DNA from: a virus
Lineage: Duplodnaviria; Caudoviricetes
DNA: 54,889 nucleotides
Reading direction: 5' to 3' (one strand)
Virus record (IMG/VR): IMGVR_UViG_3300037869_000003
Span: 1-54,889 of that record
In this document: one piece after another, positions 38,323 to 47,053 of the stretch
Numbering within the stretch: the stretch's first letter is position 1
Layout of the letters: the number at the start of each line of letters is the position of its first letter
Program-made: the position numbers and the translations under genes
The notes under the pieces: model-generated
What the model was told of the DNA's origin: nothing
What the model saw: only the letters and a program-made list of their open reading frames with translations
Databases searched by the model: none

Positions 38323-38832
38323 ATGGCGTTTAATGCTGATTATAGCGTTAGTCAGGGGCTAAACCCTCATAATTTCACACTTACTGATACAAGCACAGGA
38401 AGTGACCCGGCGTTGACGGGCCGTACAATATTTTTATATGAGGCTGACGGGTCGCTACTGGGAGGGTCTTCAATAGATTGGCCGCTTTCACTCGGATCTA
38501 CAATAACAATTAATGGCCTGCTGAATTGGGATTTCAGTCTTAATGGTGTCGTGGCGTGGGCTTCGTCTTCTCCTATACCTGGAAGTGTGTATACGAAAGC
38601 TCAAATCATAACCTTTGATGGCAATTCTAATGATTTTGCGTATAATCTAGTACAGCAAATTTCATCGGATCAGGCTATAACAAAGGATACTAATTTTTTG
38701 TATAATTTGGCACTAGTGAATAGTGATATACTGAATGCTCAAAGATGTAGTAGTTATGGAGATCAGGGAGCTGCGCAACAATGTCTAAATAGGATATACA
38801 ATTTTTACATAAATAGGGCTTTTTATTTTTAA
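38323..38832 (+). CDS. tail hub/adaptor protein (putative)
   Basis: FTLTDTSTG beta-rich N-terminus, helical C-terminus; upstream of the fibre gene. Confidence 0.5.
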   Translation: MAFNADYSVSQGLNPHNFTLTDTSTGSDPALTGRTIFLYEADGSLLGGSSIDWPLSLGSTITINGLLNWDFSLNGVVAWASSSPIPGSVYTKAQIITFDGNSNDFAYNLVQQISSDQAITKDTNFLYNLALVNSDILNAQRCSSYGDQGAAQQCLNRIYNFYINRAFYF

Positions 38833-38835
38833 ACT

Positions 38836-39447
38836 ATGGCATTACCAATTGATGTAGACTTGTATACTAAGTATGGGAATATATGCTCGTATTTGGCGGC
38901 TATTGATTTTGCGAATCAGAATGTTTTAAATGGCGGTAGTTTTAATTCGGACTTGCCAATGAGATTGAGCATGACTACTCGCTTGGTAGAATGGAAGTTT
39001 AATCAAAATCCTGATGATGAGACATTGGTGGCTACCGGCAATTATCTATACCAATTATGCGGGAAATATATAAGATTTGCAAAATTAATATTAGCTAATT
39101 ATATGCCAGGGATAATCATAAATCCAGCAAATGGCGCACAGTCCACATTGCAGCCTGTTTATTTGCAATTTAGGGTAGGGGTTACTCCTTCTCCCCAAGT
39201 GGTGAATGGGGTTAATGTGACATTGCCAAATGATGGGGAAAGTTCAGTTGTATTGCCATTGACATATATCTTGGCTTCGTTGGAGGTTACATTGGATGGG
39301 GTGGAGGTGCCAGTGAGTGATCCCTTGCAGACGTCCTATAATCCAATTTATACCAATAATAGCGCCACTATATCATTGGCGAATGGATCTAAGTTTCACA
39401 ACAATGACCTATGGATAATCAGCGGCTATCAGTTTGTTGCTATTTAA
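38836..39447 (+). CDS. tail hub/fibre-attachment protein (putative)
   Basis: Helical N-terminus, beta-rich C-terminus (LEVTLDGVE). Confidence 0.5.
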   Translation: MALPIDVDLYTKYGNICSYLAAIDFANQNVLNGGSFNSDLPMRLSMTTRLVEWKFNQNPDDETLVATGNYLYQLCGKYIRFAKLILANYMPGIIINPANGAQSTLQPVYLQFRVGVTPSPQVVNGVNVTLPNDGESSVVLPLTYILASLEVTLDGVEVPVSDPLQTSYNPIYTNNSATISLANGSKFHNNDLWIISGYQFVAI

Positions 39448-39456
39448 TAAGACACG

Positions 39457-42400
39457 ATGAAGAATTTAATCATAATATTTTTTTTGTTTTTGAGCTATAA
39501 CGTTGTAGCTCAAAGTAATCCATCAGGAGTGCCAACGCAATTTAGTACCGGATGGTTTAGGCATGGCTGGGATCAGTCCGACTCCGGAAAGATATTTACC
39601 AATAGGCAGCCAAATTTTACGCCGCGCTTCCCTGGCACCGTTGAATTTTACCAAGATGCGGGAGTGGATAGTCTGTTGTCATTGTGGACTGGCGGCAGGT
39701 GGCTAAAGTTAATTCCTGGATTTGATTCTACTTCAATAAGTAATAGAATAAATCTGAAATTAAACATAAGTGATACTACTGGTAAGTGGCTGGCTCAATC
39801 AAGTAGACTGGTAGATACTATGTATCGGGTTAATGATTCAACGGTAGGGTATACTGTCAAGGGTAGCCCATATACATTTCAAATATTAGGTCGATCGCAA
39901 GGCGCTACCGGAAGTGGATTGACCAGTGTAGGGTTATCGATGCCATCTGCATTTTCGGTTTCCGGATCACCATTGACAAGCAATGGAACTATAAACGTGT
40001 CGGGGGCTGGTACTACGTTGCAATATATAAGAGGGAATGGAACATTAGCCACTACAGATACCGGAATGATACCTAATTTTTATTTGAAAGTTCGTGGTCT
40101 TTTAACCGGCACTTCGCCAATAACATTTAATCAGACTACAGGAGCTATAGGTATTAATAATGCCAATACCACGGGCACTAAGGGGGCTGCTTCATTTACT
40201 AGTGCATTTTCGGATAATGGGGCTGGATTAATTGATTTGGCGGATTTAGTGGCAACGGGAAGTTGTACTAATTGCTCGATTACGTATAATGCAAAAGGAC
40301 AGGCTACGGCTTATTCATCTGGAACTGGGCCTACTGGCGTGTCCGTAGATACTATATTCAGAACGCCAGGTGTTGATAGCATTTATTACACAATAAATAG
40401 TGTCCAAAGAGCTATATTAGATAGTACGGGGCCAGCAACTACAGCTAATAATGGATTAACGTATGCATCTGGTAATATACAGGTTGGGCAAACCATTAGT
40501 GCTGTAGGTAATCCAGGCTCTTTACTACACAATACGGAAATCCCATTGAACGGGTTTAATACAGTATTTACAGGAACGGGCACTGTCGGTATTGGTTTAA
40601 ATAACCCTAGTGCTTTTGCAAGTCTAGATGTGTTGTCAACTGGCATTAGTAATGCTGTTAAGGCAACCTCAGCATCTGGTGCCGCTGTTAACGCATTTTC
40701 TACTTTGGGTAACGGAGTTGTAGGCGTTACCGGGACAAATGCAATTGGAGTGTCAGCCACATCAAACGGCGGGTATGGTATTGTAAGCAATGGCGGTCTA
40801 AACGGGATTGGTGGCAGATTTACATTGACACAGCAGGGCAATTCAACCGACAATTTAATGTTGGATTTAAGTTTATTGCCAACCGGGACAGGCATTACAT
40901 CGGGCGCTGGCTATACCATAGCATTGCGTACAGGTCTTTCTGACGGAACCGCTAACACCATTACTGGGAAAATAAAACATTTTTTATCTAATGCTCTACC
41001 AGGCGCATATTCTTCTGAATTAGAATTTCATCTTGTCAATAATACGGTTTTAGCAAGAAAAGCATTATTAAGCCATACGGGACAATGGACATGGGATGGG
41101 TATCCTGCATTAACGGCGCAGGTAGATACTACCACATATAAACCTATAGCTATTGATGCTTCTGGTAATATTGTTAAAATGATAGGTTGGGCCGGAGGTG
41201 GTGGAGGAGGTAGTTTTGCAATAAATAATATTGGAAGCGGGTATAGATTTGCAGCTACTCCTACTGGTAATATAAAAACTGCATTTGTTAAATTTGGAAC
41301 AAGAATAGATAGCACATCTAATTCTAATGGGATTACATTTTCTGCTGATACTTCCGTTCTAGCAACAAGGATTATTTCAAGTAATGGTTGCATATTGGGG
41401 AATAGTACTATTGCCGATTATATTGGCTACCACGGAATTTATTATTATTTAATGACAACTGCTGATAGCGTAGCGGGTACTACGATAACCAGCGATGCTG
41501 TTCCGGGCAATACAATAGATCAGCAGCGATTAGCATGGCAAGCGGATGCTAATAAGGCAACCTATGATTGGATTGTTATAGAGGTCGGGTTGAATGATTT
41601 AGATCCGACAGAAGCGGCGGCGATTGCACTAGGGCGTTATCAGAGGCTAGTTGACACTGTAGTTTCTCAAAAGAAACAAGGGGCTAGGATTTTACTTTCC
41701 ACGATGACTCCGTGTAAACAGCGGCTAATAGATTTGTATGGGTCTACGAATGGGTTAATTGCCTATCAGAAATGGCTTGATATGAACGCGGCTATAATGG
41801 GGGCTTTACCAAATAGAATAGTTGGGGCTGATTACAGAATAACAAATCATACGATCGCCTTGAATGACGGCCAGGGTAATTTATTACCAGCTTATAACAT
41901 TGGTGATGGAGTTCATGAAAATGATGCAGCGAGAGCGATTATCGCTTCTTTTTGGAGAAATGCATTGAACGAGATTGGGTATTTAAAAGTAACACAACCT
42001 GAATATTTTAATCAGGCTCCTTTTTATCAAACTGGGGATAGTATATATGCGTTAAACACATTATCTTCTTTGTTTTTGGGACGAACTGTGAATGGCACCG
42101 TATCTAGGCCGATAGCCCTAAATACAGGAGGGAGCGTGGGTGCATCAGCCGGGAACCCTTGGAATTGTAAATTAATTACATTCGATGGTGGCTTTGGCGA
42201 CTCCACCCTGATTTCTGGTATAGGCGTTAGTAGCGGGCGGCAAGAGTATCATGTACTCGCCGGAGGAGTGCATTCATTTTATATTGCCGGGATCAGCGCC
42301 ACAGTTAATGAAAAGATGCAAATAAGTGAAACAGCAAGCGGAGAAGGTAAGTTGACACTTAGGGCTATCGCTGGCGGTTACAGCACAGCAACCCCATCTG

Positions 42401-43368
42401 TAATAGATATGGGTGGATCTGTCTCCAATACTTTCGGCGACCCAACTAAATGTAAATTATTTCTATTCAATAATGCCGGTGTCTATGCCGGCATAGGAGA
42501 TGCGTTCGATGGAACAAGCATGCAGTTTGAGCTGCACTCTCCTTCAAATTCGTCTTTTCACGCTTATATAAATTCTATAGATAAGTTTGCTATATCGGAT
42601 ACATCGTTGGTTGCCCCCGGGTTACAAACAACAACTGACACGACCACATTTAAGCCGGTGGTTCAAAACAGTAGCGGTTATATCAAAAGAATGACAAGCT
42701 GGCCAACTGGAGCGGCGGGCGGTACTACCTTATATAGTGGGGATGGAGCATTGGCGGGGAATAGAACCGTAACCGGAAATAATCTTAGCCTTACGCTGGA
42801 TACTATATTTAATTTCAGAGTAAACGCAAATACATTTATTCTGGCTCAGAAAGATAGAGGATTCCCATATACTGCTAGTGTTGTAGCAGTTGATCCACAT
42901 AATTATCAATTCGGGTATACTCCAACCCCAACCGTATATACAAAGGGAGCCGGCATTTATATAGACACTAATAATAATATTGGCCTAGCCATTTCAATCC
43001 CAACTACGTTGCCTATGTATAGTACGGGCAATAGTGCATATGTTACCAGGTTTCAATCGGGCGGCTCAAATTTCTATAAAAGCACAACGATCACTTCAAA
43101 TGTTACTGCAAATACAGATAATTATATTTATCTCATAGATGCAACTAGTGGTAATGTAACAGTAACGCTTCCGGCAGCATCAGCCTCGTACGGAGGGACT
43201 GTTGGGATAAACTATAAATTTAAACGGATGGATAACAGCGGGAATACAGTAACAATACAACGAGCTGGAAGTGATACGATAGATGGGAATACCTCGTTTA
43301 CGCTAACAACTCAATATGAAGTAAAAGAAATATTGGCAATATCAACATCAAGTTGGGGCGTTTTTTAA
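39457..43368 (+). CDS. tail fibre/spike-like protein with Sec signal peptide and SGNH esterase domain
   Basis: N-terminus MKNLIIIFFLFLSYNVVA|Q; G/T/S-rich fibre repeats; SGNH blocks LGNS, PGNT, GLND, DGVH (~41380-41990); C-terminal DATSGNVTVTLP...DTIDG tail module. Confidence 0.8.
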   Translation: MKNLIIIFFLFLSYNVVAQSNPSGVPTQFSTGWFRHGWDQSDSGKIFTNRQPNFTPRFPGTVEFYQDAGVDSLLSLWTGGRWLKLIPGFDSTSISNRINLKLNISDTTGKWLAQSSRLVDTMYRVNDSTVGYTVKGSPYTFQILGRSQGATGSGLTSVGLSMPSAFSVSGSPLTSNGTINVSGAGTTLQYIRGNGTLATTDTGMIPNFYLKVRGLLTGTSPITFNQTTGAIGINNANTTGTKGAASFTSAFSDNGAGLIDLADLVATGSCTNCSITYNAKGQATAYSSGTGPTGVSVDTIFRTPGVDSIYYTINSVQRAILDSTGPATTANNGLTYASGNIQVGQTISAVGNPGSLLHNTEIPLNGFNTVFTGTGTVGIGLNNPSAFASLDVLSTGISNAVKATSASGAAVNAFSTLGNGVVGVTGTNAIGVSATSNGGYGIVSNGGLNGIGGRFTLTQQGNSTDNLMLDLSLLPTGTGITSGAGYTIALRTGLSDGTANTITGKIKHFLSNALPGAYSSELEFHLVNNTVLARKALLSHTGQWTWDGYPALTAQVDTTTYKPIAIDASGNIVKMIGWAGGGGGGSFAINNIGSGYRFAATPTGNIKTAFVKFGTRIDSTSNSNGITFSADTSVLATRIISSNGCILGNSTIADYIGYHGIYYYLMTTADSVAGTTITSDAVPGNTIDQQRLAWQADANKATYDWIVIEVGLNDLDPTEAAAIALGRYQRLVDTVVSQKKQGARILLSTMTPCKQRLIDLYGSTNGLIAYQKWLDMNAAIMGALPNRIVGADYRITNHTIALNDGQGNLLPAYNIGDGVHENDAARAIIASFWRNALNEIGYLKVTQPEYFNQAPFYQTGDSIYALNTLSSLFLGRTVNGTVSRPIALNTGGSVGASAGNPWNCKLITFDGGFGDSTLISGIGVSSGRQEYHVLAGGVHSFYIAGISATVNEKMQISETASGEGKLTLRAIAGGYSTATPSVIDMGGSVSNTFGDPTKCKLFLFNNAGVYAGIGDAFDGTSMQFELHSPSNSSFHAYINSIDKFAISDTSLVAPGLQTTTDTTTFKPVVQNSSGYIKRMTSWPTGAAGGTTLYSGDGALAGNRTVTGNNLSLTLDTIFNFRVNANTFILAQKDRGFPYTASVVAVDPHNYQFGYTPTPTVYTKGAGIYIDTNNNIGLAISIPTTLPMYSTGNSAYVTRFQSGGSNFYKSTTITSNVTANTDNYIYLIDATSGNVTVTLPAASASYGGTVGINYKFKRMDNSGNTVTIQRAGSDTIDGNTSFTLTTQYEVKEILAISTSSWGVF
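39490..39513. promoter_or_regulatory. palindromic regulatory site, copy 4 (inside signal-peptide codons)
   Basis: TTGAGCTATAACGTTGTAGCTCAA, a 24-bp palindrome with one mismatch. Confidence 0.6.
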
Positions 43369-43377
43369 AATTAAAAA

Positions 43378-43800
43378 ATGATTGAAATGAATAAATATCC
43401 GGACTTCTGGAATGTAATTCTTGGCAATGGATCGCTGGGCGCTTTCTTGGCATATTTGGTTATAGCATATTTTGCAGCAACGGCTTCACTATTCGCTGAA
43501 GCTAGTAATAGAGATATATCTAGTGATAATACTCCAAAGAAATGGAGTACAAAATTTCTACTTGCTTCAAATTTGTTTAGACTAATAGCAAACTTGCTTG
43601 CTATCCCATTATTGATAAGAATGGAGTATGAATATATTGAAATGAAATGGATGATAGCCTTAGTTATAGGAGAGGGTATTTTATTCGATAGAGCATTCAT
43701 GTTCTTGAAAAATATCGGGGTGTTAACTTCCGATAAATTTGCATCCAGATTTGCAAACAAGATGGCTGAGGATGATTTAGTCGTCACTAAAAAACAATAA
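43378..43800 (+). CDS. holin-like membrane protein
   Basis: About 3 hydrophobic segments and a charged C-terminus; start of the lysis module. Confidence 0.55.
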   Translation: MIEMNKYPDFWNVILGNGSLGAFLAYLVIAYFAATASLFAEASNRDISSDNTPKKWSTKFLLASNLFRLIANLLAIPLLIRMEYEYIEMKWMIALVIGEGILFDRAFMFLKNIGVLTSDKFASRFANKMAEDDLVVTKKQ

Positions 43801-43803
43801 TAA

Positions 43804-43977
43804 ATGTCACAAAAACAAACCGCTTTGGGAATTTTAGAAGAAGCGAAACATGCTTTTAATAAATTGGGGGAGCTAATTAAAAAACTAGAAGATGCAATCG
43901 GGGAAACGCCTACTATCCAATCTGCTGATGACGGGGAGGGCGGTAATTCGCCATCTGAGCCACCGGTTTTACCATAA
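43804..43977 (+). CDS. 57-aa peptide (below ORF-track cutoff)
   Basis: MSQKQTALGILEEAKHAFNKLGELIKKLEDAIGETPTIQSADDGEGGNSPSEPPVLP; ATG 3 nt after the previous stop. Confidence 0.6.
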   Translation: MSQKQTALGILEEAKHAFNKLGELIKKLEDAIGETPTIQSADDGEGGNSPSEPPVLP

Positions 43978-44320
43978 CACTTTCAAATTTGCTTTAGGCT
44001 GGTATCTTACTGGCCTTTTGCTTTTCCATACCAAAGCCGATTTTACCAATCCTATATGGGGTATGGTCTATTATACTTGGCAGAAAAGTAGCGATTGTTT
44101 ATATTTGTTAACGTTACATTATTTAGTACCAAAATATAGAAAACTAATTACCCCGATCGTTATTTATTCAATAATTAGATTATGTTTTCAAATAATGGGT
44201 TTCTTCCAAAAGACGGGGCAGAACGAGGCGCATATAGTAACCACACTTTACCTCCTCGCGTTGACTATAGTGGTATATTACAGCGTAAAACAGCTCCAAA
44301 GCGAATGGAAACAAAACTGA
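43928..44320 (+). CDS. multi-pass membrane protein
   Basis: About 4 hydrophobic segments; start uncertain (43892 or 43928); overlaps the peptide ORF. Confidence 0.6.
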   Translation: MTGRAVIRHLSHRFYHNTFKFALGWYLTGLLLFHTKADFTNPIWGMVYYTWQKSSDCLYLLTLHYLVPKYRKLITPIVIYSIIRLCFQIMGFFQKTGQNEAHIVTTLYLLALTIVVYYSVKQLQSEWKQN

Positions 44321-44535
44321 TAGTAGCTATTTTCACATGGGTAGGATTATCATCTTATATAGGGGCTATATTATTAAATATTGGCACTTGGAAAGCTGAT
44401 TTATTGGTAGTGTTCGGGGGCGCTTTTATGTTGCTTAAATTTGTTCGTCTAGCCATGAGGACGTGGTATGAATGTCAGCGCCAGGAGATAGAAATAAAAA
44501 TGCTGAAGAAAAAATCGGAGGAATCGGAAGAATGA
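44305..44535 (+). CDS. small holin-like protein (2 TM)
   Basis: METKLIVAIFTWVGL...LLVVFGGAFMLL with a charged tail; ATG 44305 preferred over 44182. Confidence 0.55.
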   Translation: METKLIVAIFTWVGLSSYIGAILLNIGTWKADLLVVFGGAFMLLKFVRLAMRTWYECQRQEIEIKMLKKKSEESEE

Positions 44536-44537
44536 TT

Positions 44538-44656
44538 TACATTTGAAATGCTCATCGGACAAAACTTATTAATTTGAAGCGCCGCTATTTTTAAAGTGCA
44601 GGTTTACCTTAATGGTAGTCTGATGAGCCACTTTAGAGATAGCGGCCTTTCTGTTT
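44538..44656 (+). promoter_or_regulatory. promoter plus structured leader (A-B-A'-B' pairing with terminator tail)
   Basis: TACATTTG at 44538-45; 44550-60 pairs with 44618-28; 44581-98 pairs with 44629-46; followed by CTTTCTGTTT. Confidence 0.65.
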
Positions 44657-44667
44657 AAATCAATAAA

Positions 44668-45429
44668 ATGACCTTGAAAATAAACCCTTGGGTAGCGACA
44701 GCACTTATTGCTGGTATATTGATTTTGGTGATAGCCTTGTTTAAGGGGTGTCACCAAAGTAAACTGGAAGTGGCCGCGAGAGAGAAAACACAGCATATAG
44801 CGGATAGCGCATTATCTGTCTTGAAAGATTACAAAGCTGCATCTGATAGTGCTGCTAAGGATTTTCAAGATACATTGGAGCTTGAAAGGGGACAGCGTGC
44901 CTTAATGGAAAATCAAAAAGAACAAACTGAATCTGCCCTTGATAAAGCATTGGCTGAAAACAAGAAGCTGATTGACGAGCATAGATTAGCTCAGTATGCG
45001 GACACTTCTGCCACAGTTGTGCCACACGGTTATATAGTTGAATGTGAAGATTGCTTTACTAAATTAGAAACCACCACGAGTTTATCACGCAGATACAAGA
45101 ATGATTTAAATAGCCTTCAGAATAATTGGGATAATCAAAATAAGATTTACTTAAAAAGATTCAAGGAGCTGGATGCCGAGAAACTTGGTTTTTACAACAA
45201 AATAAATACATTGGCTAAAGAAGCCAAGGATGCATCAGATAAATTAAAGCCTCATGGTAGACTTTATTTATCATGGGAGGTTTTGTTTGGTCCTTGGCCT
45301 AAGATGGCAGGCGGCGGATTTATGTATCAAACCAAATATAACATGATGTATGAGGCCAATTGGCTATATGGTAATAAAGGGCACATGGTAGAAGCAAGTA
45401 TTAAATTTCCCCTTTCGATAAAATTTTAA
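44668..45429 (+). CDS. spanin-like protein
   Basis: N-terminal TM helix then LFKGC, long coiled coil, C-terminal amphipathic beta-strands ending in F; in the lysis module. Confidence 0.6.
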   Translation: MTLKINPWVATALIAGILILVIALFKGCHQSKLEVAAREKTQHIADSALSVLKDYKAASDSAAKDFQDTLELERGQRALMENQKEQTESALDKALAENKKLIDEHRLAQYADTSATVVPHGYIVECEDCFTKLETTTSLSRRYKNDLNSLQNNWDNQNKIYLKRFKELDAEKLGFYNKINTLAKEAKDASDKLKPHGRLYLSWEVLFGPWPKMAGGGFMYQTKYNMMYEANWLYGNKGHMVEASIKFPLSIKF

Positions 45430-45431
45430 CA

Positions 45432-45851
45432 ATGAAGGTGCTTGTGTTTATTTGTTTCTCATTGATATGTCTTATGGGTGTTGCTCAGAATAGGCATAAA
45501 TGTGATTCGGGGTATACGTACTTGTCGAGTATGTCATCTAGTTCTTACAGAATAATAGGCGGTTGTTATCCTGATAGTGTTGCGAAAAGGATTTGGAAGG
45601 AATATTGGAAAGGAGTATGTCTTGATACACAGATTGCTTTTTGGGGAGATAGTTTAAGTTATTGTGATATGCATGAATGGGATGATAGTATAGGTTGTAT
45701 TAGTAAAGAGAAGTGGACTGTTTTAAGAAAAGAAGGATGGGTTGATGTTACCAAAAGCGTATTTGATAGCATTGAACATGATAATAAAATTAAAATGGAA
45801 TTAAAAAATAAAAACATAAAACATGAGTACTCAAAACAAAAGAAAAGATGA
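45432..45851 (+). CDS. secreted Cys-rich protein
   Basis: Signal peptide MKVLVFICFSLICLMGVA|Q; several DS[VLI] motifs. Confidence 0.65.
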   Translation: MKVLVFICFSLICLMGVAQNRHKCDSGYTYLSSMSSSSYRIIGGCYPDSVAKRIWKEYWKGVCLDTQIAFWGDSLSYCDMHEWDDSIGCISKEKWTVLRKEGWVDVTKSVFDSIEHDNKIKMELKNKNIKHEYSKQKKR

Positions 45852-46161
45852 TGAATTAGAAGTATGGGTTATAGTAGGTTCCATATTCACCATCTTCCTG
45901 TTAATTATTGATTTCTTTTATTCATCAGTAAATCAAATGGCACCGATCGCCAGAATTGCAATTTGGATTGGTCATGGGCTTGTTAGCTTCGGCTGGATTA
46001 TCTCTCTTGCGAAATGGAAAGATCCCGCGTATGATGATGTAAGAAAAGGTGTAGTGTATCTGTGTATTGTATTGTCTCTTGTTATAGGGATTCATCATGC
46101 TACGGCAAAAGAAGATGCGCAAGTAATAATAGATAGCGAACAAAATGCAGCAAAGCCATGA
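45823..46161 (+). CDS. membrane protein (3 TM)
   Basis: Three hydrophobic segments; ATGA-coupled to the next gene. Confidence 0.65.
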   Translation: MSTQNKRKDDELEVWVIVGSIFTIFLLIIDFFYSSVNQMAPIARIAIWIGHGLVSFGWIISLAKWKDPAYDDVRKGVVYLCIVLSLVIGIHHATAKEDAQVIIDSEQNAAKP

Positions 46162-46502
46162 TCTGGATATATGCCTTAATGTTTATGGGCGGCTTCTTTA
46201 GCGCATGTGAAGATACATTTGAGAATAGCCCGAACTTCGATAAGAGTATCTTTAAAAAGCTCAATAAACAATGGTGGTGCAAGGATGTATCATGCAATTA
46301 CGTGAAGTTAATACTTGGCTATCGCCCCGATAGCTGGCATATTTGTAAGTCTCTAATGTGGGGATGCATAATTGCAGATGTGATAATTGCATGGTTTGCT
46401 CCTAAGCCTTCATTGTCGTGGTATGAGCATTTTATTGGATTAGGGTGTACATGGAATGCTTCATTCCCATTATTTTATAATATCATATTCCGAATCAAAT
46501 GA
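46158..46502 (+). CDS. membrane protein
   Basis: Hydrophobic segments, DSWHICK motif; ATGA-coupled to the lysozyme gene. Confidence 0.65.
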   Translation: MIWIYALMFMGGFFSACEDTFENSPNFDKSIFKKLNKQWWCKDVSCNYVKLILGYRPDSWHICKSLMWGCIIADVIIAWFAPKPSLSWYEHFIGLGCTWNASFPLFYNIIFRIK

Positions 46503-46966
46503 CTGAAATAAGAACATTGGATGAGGTAGGTAGAAAGTTCATGAAGCAGGAGGAAGGGTTGATATTACACCCATATAAAGATGATGCTGGTATACCAACA
46601 ATAGGGGTTGGGTGTACGTGGTATCCTGGAGGTAAGAAAGTAACAATGAACGATTCACCTCTGGCCGATGAAGAGGCTGCATGGGATTTATTTGATAAAG
46701 TAAATGCAACCTTCTTAATGGCTGTATACAGTACAACCAGAGACGACATTAACCAAAATCAATTCAATGCGCTTTTGAGCCTATGTTATAATATAGGGAC
46801 GGGCGACTTTAAAAAGTCAACAGTTCTCAGGTTGGTTAATCAAAGACCGGATGACCCAAGAATAACGGAAGCATTTTACATGTGGAGATTTTCTACAATT
46901 AATGGCGTTAAAAAGCCGGTATTGGCTGCTAGACGCATTCGGGAGTCTAAGCTATATTTTAGTTGA
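46499..46966 (+). CDS. endolysin, GH24 phage lysozyme
   Basis: EEGLILHPYKDDAGIPTIGVG (E-x8-D-x5-T), QNQFNALLSLCYNIG, LAARRIRE. Confidence 0.95.
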   Translation: MTEIRTLDEVGRKFMKQEEGLILHPYKDDAGIPTIGVGCTWYPGGKKVTMNDSPLADEEAAWDLFDKVNATFLMAVYSTTRDDINQNQFNALLSLCYNIGTGDFKKSTVLRLVNQRPDDPRITEAFYMWRFSTINGVKKPVLAARRIRESKLYFS

Positions 46967-47000
46967 TTAAATATTTAATGGATATTCTGTTTTATTATTT

Positions 47001-47030
47001 CGGCCCTTTAGTCTTATTGGGCCGCTTTTG
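47001..47030 (+). terminator. terminator after endolysin
   Basis: CGGCCC-tttagtcttatt-GGGCCG-CTTTTG. Confidence 0.6.
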
Positions 47031-47053
47031 TTAACCCCTAAATAAAATAATCA

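Noticed and set aside
40386-41393. Long antisense ORFs (169 and 121 aa) and other shadow ORFs in the track
   Set aside because: They are mirror frames of G/T/S-rich or biased coding sequence with no motifs, leaders or terminators
39457-43368. Diversity-generating retroelement target in the fibre
   Set aside because: No reverse transcriptase and no template/variable repeat pair seen in the window
44618-44650. Hammerhead ribozyme (CTGATGAG core)
   Set aside because: No correctly placed GAAA, stem II or stem III; the motif is explained by pairing with 44550-44560
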